Origin: an uncultured Actinomycetota bacterium
GTDB lineage: Bacteria; Actinomycetota; Actinomycetes; Propionibacteriales; Propionibacteriaceae
Assembly (NCBI GenBank): GCA_963815975.1
Contig: CAWFJC010000010.1
Span: forward strand, 268,007-292,006
Direction of reading: 5' to 3'
Length of the DNA: 24,000 nt
Every line of letters starts with the position of its first letter. Positions within the stretch are counted from its first letter, which is position 1. Below, one piece after another: positions 16,226-23,107 of this stretch. The notes beneath the pieces were generated by a model. The model worked only from the letters and a program-made list of their open reading frames with translations, did not search any database and was not told the DNA's origin. A program made the position numbers and the translations under genes.

Positions 16226-16798
16226 ATGATCATGTCATCGACCGTGAAATGGGGCGGAATCGCGGGTGTCGTGGCTGCGGCGTTGTTGGTCCTGTCGGCC
16301 ATCCTCGACCAATTAAGTCCGTCAAGACGACGTATGACTCCGCCACCAGTTATCTCTATCTTGCCGCGTATTCGTTGCATACGTCGCAGTGCTGGTTGCG
16401 CTGCTGGGCATTCACGCAGTGCACCGCGGAAGGCCGCGGTACGGGCGCTTGGGCACTGTCGGGACGGTGCTGACCTTTGCCGGCTACGCGATCGTTGCCG
16501 CTGTCACGGCGATCAACATGGTGCAGGGACAGCGATCTCTCCAAATCGTTCGGATCGGCGGCGCACTGGTATTGCTCGTTGGCTCTGTACTTCTCGGTGT
16601 GATCATCTCCGGGCCAAGCTGCTGCCGTGGTGGTGCGGTGTGCTGCTGATCGTGGCTTTCCCACTGGGTGATAGAGCAAACGCGATCTTCGGTTCCGCCG
16701 AGTATCTGCTGCTGGCGTTGCTTTGGGGCTCCATGGGCATCGCGCTGCTGGTACGACGTGAGAAAGTCCCCGAGCCGGCCGTGACACAGCCCGCGTGA
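16226..16798 (+). pseudogene. Polytopic membrane protein gene with three successive -1 frame changes (net in-frame)
   Basis: Listed as one 191-aa ORF (16223..16798), but residues ~30-130 are Arg-rich and GC3-poor. Protein-like sequence starts in the listed frame (MSSTVKWGGIAGVVAAALLVLSAILDQ). It moves to the frame of ORF 16249.. (VKTTYDSATSYLYLAAY), then to the frame of ORF 16389..16649 (VLVALLGIHAVHRGRPRYGRLGTVGTVLTFAGYAIVAAV...LLGVIISG). It returns to the listed frame (KLLPWWCGVLLIVAFPLG...LLVRREKVPEPA). AAGGAG at 16216-16221. Confidence 0.6.
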
Positions 16799-16804
16799 AC
16801 CGGT

Positions 16805-17614
16805 TTGCTTGGGAGGGTGATTGGAGCTGTGGTGAGAAAGCATCCGCTCATTGCATTCTTCGTTCTTGCCTACCTTCTGACCTGGTGGATCTATCCGCTC
16901 CTGAAGGTATCGCCGCTGCTCGGCATCTTCGGGCTCTTCGGCCCGGCGCTTGCCGCGATCATCGTGGCGGCGCTGACCGAGGGAAAGGCAGGCGTCAAGG
17001 CCTTGCTCAGCCGGGCGGTCTATTGGCGGGTCGGATTGCCCTGGTATGTCGTCGCGCTCGGACTTCCGACGCTCCTCTCCTTGGTCACAGCAGGTCTGTA
17101 TTACCTGCTCGGAGGATCGGAGTTCATCAAGGTCGGCCCGCTGTCGATTTTTGATCTTGTCCTGTTTGTTCTCGTGGTCGGCGAGGAACTGGGCTGGCGT
17201 GGCTATGCCTTGCCTCAACTCCTGAAGAAGCGATCCGCTCTGACAGCGAGCCTGATCTTGGGAGTCCTCTGGGGGCTCTGGCATCTGCCAACCTTCCTGG
17301 TGCCCGGGACTCCGCAGTATGGCTTGCCGTTGGCAGCGTTCGTGTTGCTCACCGTGGAGTACTCGATCTTGATGACGTGGCTCTACCTGCACACGTCGGG
17401 CAGCGTATTGCTTGCCACCCTCTTCCACGGTGCGATCAACGTGTCGCAGGGCGTCTTCCTAGGTGCCGTCGGCGGAGCTACCAGGTATTGGCTCTTGTGC
17501 ATCGTTTACGGCATCGCCGCCGCAGTCGCCGCCTTGGTGCTGGCACGGAAATCGCTCCGTGAGTCCACCCGCGCGAGCACCCACCATGTCTCGGAGGACT
17601 CGACTACTTCTTGA
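16805..17614 (+). CDS. CPBP-family (CAAX protease/Abi) intramembrane glutamic endopeptidase, paralog 2
   Basis: Carries GEELGWRGY, LWHLP and FHGAINV motifs, colinear with paralog 1 over its whole length. The start is uncertain: TTG 16805, GTG 16817 or GTG 16829, with GGGAGGG at 16811-16817. Confidence 0.85.
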   Translation: MLGRVIGAVVRKHPLIAFFVLAYLLTWWIYPLLKVSPLLGIFGLFGPALAAIIVAALTEGKAGVKALLSRAVYWRVGLPWYVVALGLPTLLSLVTAGLYYLLGGSEFIKVGPLSIFDLVLFVLVVGEELGWRGYALPQLLKKRSALTASLILGVLWGLWHLPTFLVPGTPQYGLPLAAFVLLTVEYSILMTWLYLHTSGSVLLATLFHGAINVSQGVFLGAVGGATRYWLLCIVYGIAAAVAALVLARKSLRESTRASTHHVSEDSTTS

Positions 17615-18248
17615 TCAACTTTCCCGAGCCGCTGATCGCCTGGGTGACCTGTGGACTGCCTTGGTAGGTCAGCGATCCGCTGCCGCTGATCTTGACGTCC
17701 AGAACGTCTGTAGCAACAACGCTTGCCGTCCCGCTTCCCGATATCCCGGCCTTGACGGTCTTGCTCGTCAAGCCGTCGGCCACGTAGCGACCCGAGCCGG
17801 AGATCTCCACATCTTGATCATTGGCGCTGCCGCCTGTCGTGATCACTCCAGAGCCGCTGATCTCGGTACCGAGCGCAGCAGTTGTGAGCTTTGGAGCGTT
17901 GATGGTGCCGGATCCTGACACGGCAAGGCCGGAGATCTCCTTCATCGTCAGTGTGTAGGTGATCGGCTTGGTCGTCACAATCTCGGTGTTGGGTTTCTTT
18001 CCTAGGATGAGCGTGTCGCCCTCAACCTCGCTGGTGAGCTGCGGCAGGAGATTGTCCTCTGCTGAGATGGTCAGGGACTCAGCGCCTGTCTGTTCGATGG
18101 TCAGCTCACCCACTCCCGTGAGCTCGACCTTAGTGAAGCCGCTGACCTGTCGCGCCTGAGTAGCGAGCTGGCCCGAACCCTTGGTGGCCGAACACGCCGT
18201 CGCCACCAGCAACATGGCTGACAACACCGCAACAGCACGTAATCGCAT
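17604..18248 (-). CDS. Lipoprotein with six periodic (V/I)SGSG beta-helix-like repeats (DUF2807 / head-GIN-domain-like)
   Basis: Signal peptide MRLRAVAVLSAMLLVATAC with a lipobox-like Cys. AGGAGG lies on the complement of 18256-18261. SGSG recurs six times at 18-20 residue spacing. The 3' end overlaps the convergent CPBP gene by 11 nt. Confidence 0.78.
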   Translation of the reverse strand: MRLRAVAVLSAMLLVATACSATKGSGQLATQARQVSGFTKVELTGVGELTIEQTGAESLTISAEDNLLPQLTSEVEGDTLILGKKPNTEIVTTKPITYTLTMKEISGLAVSGSGTINAPKLTTAALGTEISGSGVITTGGSANDQDVEISGSGRYVADGLTSKTVKAGISGSGTASVVATDVLDVKISGSGSLTYQGSPQVTQAISGSGKLIKK

Positions 18249-18303
18249 GTGTAAGCCTCCTGACTCACGATCTCGTAGCTAACCACCCTGGCACACTGAG
18301 GCA

Positions 18304-18945
18304 ATGGAGGATTGTTGCGACCGGCCTGGCTACCAGACCGTGTTCAGCGACCAATTCGCGAAACGGGTTGCCCGGACCTATCGCAAGCGCGGCCTAGACC
18401 CCACCCAAAGTCGCATGGTGTCCTTCCTGATCGAGCACGGCATCAAGGGCGCGTCAGTGCTCGAGATCGGCGGCGGAGTGGGGGAGCTTCAGATCGAGCT
18501 TCTCTCTCGCGGCGCTCGCGAGGCGACGAACCTGGAGATCTCACGGAACTACGAGGCTGAGGCCGCAGCGCTCCTTGCCCAGTCGGGGATGACTGATCGG
18601 GTCAAGCGTCGCTTCGTCGATATCGCACAATCGCCCGACGAGGTCGAGCCGGCCGATGTCGTGGTCATGCATCGGGTCGTCTGTTGCTATGGGGACTACC
18701 GGCGGCTGCTCTCCGCTGCCGCCAGCCACGCGACTCACCAACTCGTCTTCTCCTATCCGCAGAGGAACCTGTTCAGCAGGATGATCATCAGCGGCGAGAA
18801 CCTATTCCATCGCTTACGGGGGAACGACTTCCGCACCTACCTGCATCCGCCGGAGGCGATGATCAACGCGGCGGAGGCACAAGGCATGCAGGTGGCCTAC
18901 CGGCATCGCGGGCTCTCCTGGAACATCGTGGGCCTCGAGCGGTAG
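18304..18945 (+). CDS. Class I SAM-dependent methyltransferase
   Basis: Motif I VLEIGGGVGELQIELL, an acidic residue after beta-2 (NLEIS) and a VVVMHRVVCC post-I region. 213 aa with an N-terminal MEDCCDRPGY. Confidence 0.8.
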   Translation: MEDCCDRPGYQTVFSDQFAKRVARTYRKRGLDPTQSRMVSFLIEHGIKGASVLEIGGGVGELQIELLSRGAREATNLEISRNYEAEAAALLAQSGMTDRVKRRFVDIAQSPDEVEPADVVVMHRVVCCYGDYRRLLSAAASHATHQLVFSYPQRNLFSRMIISGENLFHRLRGNDFRTYLHPPEAMINAAEAQGMQVAYRHRGLSWNIVGLER

Positions 18946-19386
18946 GCCGCGCCCTTGCACAATCGCGATCTGGAGTTATGAGCCTTCGGCAAGCGGGCTG
19001 AATTGAATACCGGCCAGGCGCCATTCGCCCGCCTGATCAACCCAGACCTGGCCGACGGTACGACGTAGCTGCTCTCCTGCTCGTCGTGCACTCCCTATTG
19101 CGCTGCACCCGGCTTTCGACGGGCTGTGCGCTGGATCGAGCTTCGCCCTGCTCCCGGCTTTGACAGTGTGGCGCCGTCCTCGCCGGCGTCAAGGCCAAGC
19201 CCTGCGGGTGGCCCTTCGCAGGCTCCGGGCCAGCCTTGACCCCAGCTCCGGGCGACGCGATTTAAGGCAGTACCGGGAGCAGGAGGGGGAATGGGTGTGG
19301 AGGGGTTTGGCCAGTGGGTTGGCTTGGGCGGTCGGGTGCGGTTTTGATCCTGTTTTTCGTTATATTGTTGGGAAAACAGCTTGTCG

Positions 19387-19402
19387 TCGAACACATCTTC
19401 GA
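19387..19402 (+). promoter_or_regulatory. SOS-box-like (LexA) site upstream of the DUF222/HNH gene
   Basis: TCGAAC-ACAT-CTTCGA differs at one position from the actinobacterial/mycobacterial LexA consensus TCGAAC-N4-GTTCGA. It lies 14 nt upstream of ATG 19416, inside an unusually AT-rich stretch (~19340-19415). Confidence 0.5.
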
Positions 19403-19415
19403 ATACAATAGAAGC

Positions 19416-20839
19416 ATGCAACTCGGGGACCCTAACGGCAACGACGCGCGACCAGCGCTCGCCGGCTGGATGAGGCCCTCGACAACCTCGACAACAGCCT
19501 CACCGAACTCATCAGCACCGTCGAAACCGGCGGGCTTGATCAACTCTCAGCCGACGAGAAGGTCGCGGTGTGGCAGACGCTTCGAAACCTTCCGCAACCG
19601 GCAGCCGCTAATCGATCACCGGTTGATCGCTGATGCCGAAGCCCACCACCTGTCGGAGGAATACTGCTCCTCCAGCATCACCCAGTTCCTGGTCCGGGTG
19701 CTGCAGCTCTCCCCCGGCGACGCCGCCACCCGGATCCGAGCCGCCGCCGCGGTCGGGCCGCGGACCACGATGCTCGGCGAGAAGCTGGAACCTGCTGCTG
19801 CCGCAACTGGCCGCGCTGCAACACGAGGGTGTCGTGAGCGCGGAGAAAGTCGCGATTGTGGAACGGGCCATGCACAAACTCACCCGGCCCGATGTGCAAC
19901 CCGAAGACATGTGATCGAGCCGAGCAGCTGCTCACCGACCACGCCGTCATCTTGGCGCCGCCGGAGCTGCGCCGGTTCGCCCACGCAGTGGTCAATGCCG
20001 CCGACCCCGACGGGCCGCAACCCGTCGATGATCAGCTGCAACACGACCGGCGGTATGTGGAGTTGAAGCAGCGCCGCGACGGCATGTGGCATCTCGCAGG
20101 CCGACTCACCAACACCGTCGGTGCCCAACTGAACGCCATCCTGGACCCGTTGACCAAACCCCGCAGCACCGCGATCGAGGATGAAGACGGCACCATCGTC
20201 GACATTCCCGACCAGCGGCCGCAGGTGCAACGGCTGCATGATGCGTTGGAGGAGGCCTGCGCCCGGCTCCTCAAAGCCGCCGATCAACCCTCCGTCGGCG
20301 GGATACCGGCATCGGTGATCGTCACCATCGGCTTCGACGACCTGCTCGCCAAGGCTGGGTTGGCCGAAACCGCCGACGGCACCCAACTCACCACTGATCA
20401 ACTGCTCCGGATCGCCGACGAAGCCGACATCTGGCCCACCATCATCGACCGGAACGGTGTCCCCTTGGCGTTAGGCAGAACCCGACGGCTCGCCTCTGCA
20501 GGTCAAACCATGGCACTGATCGCCCGAGACGCCGGATGCTCCTTCCCCGGCTGCACCCATCCACCGCGTGGTGCGACAGACACCACATTCTCGATTGGAT
20601 CCTCGGCGGCCTAACCGATCTTGACAATCTGACCCTGCTCTGCCGATACCACCACACCCATTTCCTGCAGAAAGGCTGGACCTGCCGCATCAACGCCGAC
20701 GGGCTCACCCGAATGGATCCCACCCCGCTGGATCGACCAAGATCAACAACCCCATATCAACGCCAGGATCCGGCGCATCAACGGCCAACGCCAACTCCAC
20801 AGCCGCAACCAACGACAACGAACGCCCACTGCAGCCTGA
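19416..20839 (+). pseudogene. DUF222 / HNH endonuclease (REP13E12-like) gene with about six frame disruptions
   Basis: The family-typical sequence is spread over three frames. MQLGDPNGNDARPALA | LDEALDNLDNSLTELISTVETGGLDQLSADEKVAVWQ | RFETFRNRQPLIDHRLIADAEAHHLSEEYCSSSITQFLVRVLQLSPGDAATRIRAAAAVGPRTTMLGEKLEP | LLPQLAALQHEGVVSAEKVAIVERAMHKLTRPDVQPEDM | DRAEQLLTDHAVILAPPELRRFAH...ARDAGCSFPGCTHPP | WCDRHHILDWILGGLTDLDNLTLLCRYHHTHFLQKGWTCRINADGL | PEWIPPRWIDQDQQPHINARIRRI...*. Junctions are near 19464, 19577, 19794, 19912, 20566 and 20707. Stop at 20837-20839. Confidence 0.8.
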
Positions 20840-21105
20840 ACAACACCCGGATCGAGCATTCAAAGGAACGGACCTCGTCCGGAGCAGCAGCTCTGTGCCG
20901 GTATCACACGATGGTGTGCTTCGAGTGTTGGCCGTTGAGGGAAACACCAGGCGGCAGCTAAGGGCAGACGCCCACCGCTACCTCGATCTTGTGCTAGCCG
21001 AAGTGCGCGAAGCCGAGCCACCACTCGGCGAACCAACACTCACCTTGTAAGAGCTCCGAGCTGCGCGCGTGTGACGGCGCCGCTGGTCATGAAATACTCG
21101 CACCG

Positions 21106-21808
21106 ATGTCCACCTTGGGCCTACGGATCGAGCCCAGCGTCGTACGCGTCAACGACGCCGATAGCGCCACTGTGCAAATCACCCTGGACAACCGGCGCGG
21201 ACGATCGCGACTCCGCATCGTCCTTGACGGTCATGATCCGGACGGTGCTATCCAATTCACGTTCTCGCCGCCAGTGGTCGATCTGGGCGCCGGGCAGGTA
21301 ACGGCAGTCGTTCTCCGGCTGTATTGCTTGCGCCCGCCGCCGGGCCAGGAGTTGACTCGTCAGTTCACCGTCACTGCCAGCGACGGCAATGTCACCGTGG
21401 ACGGATCCGGGTCGCTGGTCCAGGTGTCCTCCCGCGCTGCGATCGAATTGCTCACTGTTCACGTCAATCCCAGCGTGCTACGGCTGAAGAACCGACGGCG
21501 CGGCTACGTGCGCGCGGTGCTGGACAATCGCGATGGAGCGCAAGGTCTTCGGGTCAGGATGCGGGGCGACGATCCGGAGAACGTCATGCGCTTCGCCTTT
21601 ACTGCGGACACGCTCGAGATTCCTCCCGGCCAGATGGCCACGACGAAGGTAAACATCACCGCCCGCACCTTCCGGGCAGGAAGTGACCAGGCCCTTCAAC
21701 ATTGTCGCGTCGGATGGCCAGTGGGAGGCTCAGGGCCACGGCACTCTTGTTCAGCCCGCGCCATCTCGGCCTGACTCGGTTGTTGCCAAAGCCGTTTCGG
21801 CGCGCTGA
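21106..21808 (+). CDS. Hypothetical protein made of two ~105-aa tandem beta-sandwich-like repeats (CARDB/NEW3-like); 3' part recovered by a +1 frame change
   Basis: Repeat 1 is LRIEPSVVRVNDADSATVQITLDNRRGRSRLRIVLDGHDPDG...PPPGQELTRQFTVTASDGNVTVDGSGSLVQ. Repeat 2 is LTVHVNPSVLRLKNRRRGYVRAVLDNRDGAQGLRVRMRGDDPEN.... It continues as PSGQEVTRPFNIVASDGQWEAQGHGTLVQ only after a shift near 21660-21668, giving a stop at 21806-21808. The listed ORF ends at 21774 in a GC3-poorer frame. No signal peptide. Confidence 0.55.
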
Positions 21809-21939
21809 CGATCACTGAGTGCTCCGGTTGATGTCTGGAGATCGGGAGGTAAGTGCGGCTTGAGTCACAGCTAAAGAGATGGAGGACTCAATGACCGAGA
21901 GGCTTCGGCGCCGATTCCGGACTTGACCAAGAGGAGACC

Positions 21940-22149
21940 TCAGCAAGCAAAGACGTTCGGGCCGGTTACCAGGATGACGACGACCGAGCTCAGCCTGCGC
22001 CGCGTGTTGTTGAAGAGACGGGCAAAGATGATGTTGATTCGCAGGCCGCCGACATAGCAGCCGGTTTCGAGGACGAGGATTCGGGGGACCGAGACACCTC
22101 CGGGTAACTGCTGGCGGCACAACATGTGCCGGCGATATCTTGCGTCCAT
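21940..22149 (-). CDS. Small hypothetical protein (62-69 aa), divergent from the methyltransferase gene
   Basis: GC by codon position is roughly 61/47/85 percent by my count, which is typical of real coding sequence here. Two hydrophobic stretches: ILVLETGCYVGGLRINIIFARLF and SSVVVILVTGPNVFAC. I recognise no homology. Alternative start at the internal ATG (complement of 22123-22125). Confidence 0.35.
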   Translation of the reverse strand: MDARYRRHMLCRQQLPGGVSVPRILVLETGCYVGGLRINIIFARLFNNTRRRLSSVVVILVTGPNVFAC

Positions 22150-22191
22150 TGGTCGATTCAGCTTGGGGCTAGCAGGACAGGAACCGAATCA

Positions 22192-23014
22192 ATGACGATC
22201 ATCGTGCCGAGCTTGACGCCCGTCGAGGACAGCCTGTTTCTCACTCTGTACAGCAGGGCGCTCGACAACCGCTTGTCGAAGCCAATCCTCTCGGACGCAA
22301 CGGCTGACGAGATTGTCCGCAAGCTCGACTACGACTTCGGGCAGTTCAAGGTAAACAAGAATTTCATTCTCAACGTCGCACTTCGAGCCAAAAAGCTTGA
22401 CGAGGTGGCGTCAGGGTTCATTCGCCACCATCCAGACGCGGTGGGGCTTGACCTGGGCGCCGGGTTGGACACTCGCGTGGTCCGGATTGCGGCGCCGGCC
22501 ACCGTCGACTGGTACGACGTCGACTACCCGGCCGTGGTCGCCGTTCGAGAGTGGTTGATACCCGATCGCGTCAACGCTCACAACATCGGCGCCGACGTGA
22601 CGGACCCCGACTGGCTGAACACCGTCCCCGGTGACCGACCAGCGGTGATCGTTGCCGATGGATTGATGGGGTTCCTCAGCAAGGACGACGTTCGTGTCTC
22701 TGCTGAACCGGCTGATTGATCACTTCCCGAGCGGAGAGATCGCCTTCAACAGCTACACGAGCTTTGCCGTTTGGGCCACCAAGCACGTCCCCGGCACCTC
22801 GTCCGTCGCCGGTCTCCTGAAGTTTCCCGGTGTCGACGACCCCCGGGAACTCGAAAGCTGGAACCCGAAACTGAAACTGATCAGGGAAATCCTGCTCACT
22901 AGGGAACCCGAGATCGCCGAGTATCCGACGGCCATCCGCCTGTACAACCGGTTCTTGGCGACCAGCACAACCTTGTCCCGGAAGGGGACCATCGTCCTGC
23001 ATTACCGCTTCTAG
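22192..23014 (+). pseudogene. Class I SAM-dependent O-methyltransferase (TcmP / leucine carboxyl methyltransferase-like family), one frame disruption
   Basis: ATG 22192 starts MTIIVPSLTPVEDSLFLTLYSRALDNR...VGLDLGAGLDTR...DVDYPAVVAVR...VIVADGLMGFLSKDDVR, which then stops at 22719. The frame of ORF 22694..23014 continues with SLLNRLIDHFPSGEIAFNSY...GTIVLHYRF. One surplus nt near 22692-22696. Confidence 0.75.
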
Positions 23015-23107
23015 GAGCCTGGGTGCGGTCTGAGACGAGCGTCACCGCTGCGGAAGGATGTTGAGCTCACTGCGGGGGTGCGTGCTTAATCGGTCTGGAG
23101 AATCCAG

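Noticed and set aside
15329-17428. Minus-strand ORFs 15329..16111 (260 aa) and 16484..17428 (314 aa) opposite the CPBP genes
   Set aside because: The products are hydrophilic and Arg/Gln/Asp-rich, mirroring hydrophobic TM-coding sequence. The plus-strand genes carry all the CPBP catalytic motifs.
19314-19415. Upstream extension of the HNH ORF to 19314 (MGWLGRSGAVLILFFVILLGK...)
   Set aside because: It runs through the AT-rich promoter-like region and the SOS-box-like site. Family-like sequence starts only after ATG 19416.
20955-21050. Short frame ending ...QLRADAHRYLDLVLAEVREAEPPLGEPTLTL* downstream of the HNH gene
   Set aside because: It looks mildly protein-like but has no start, no recognisable family and too few codons to support a call. 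It may be another gene remnant.
21871-21942. TGA of the small minus-strand ORF as a selenocysteine codon (FAC-U-GLLL...)
   Set aside because: I could not identify a SECIS-like hairpin immediately downstream, the protein matches no known selenoprotein family, and downstream coding statistics are weak.
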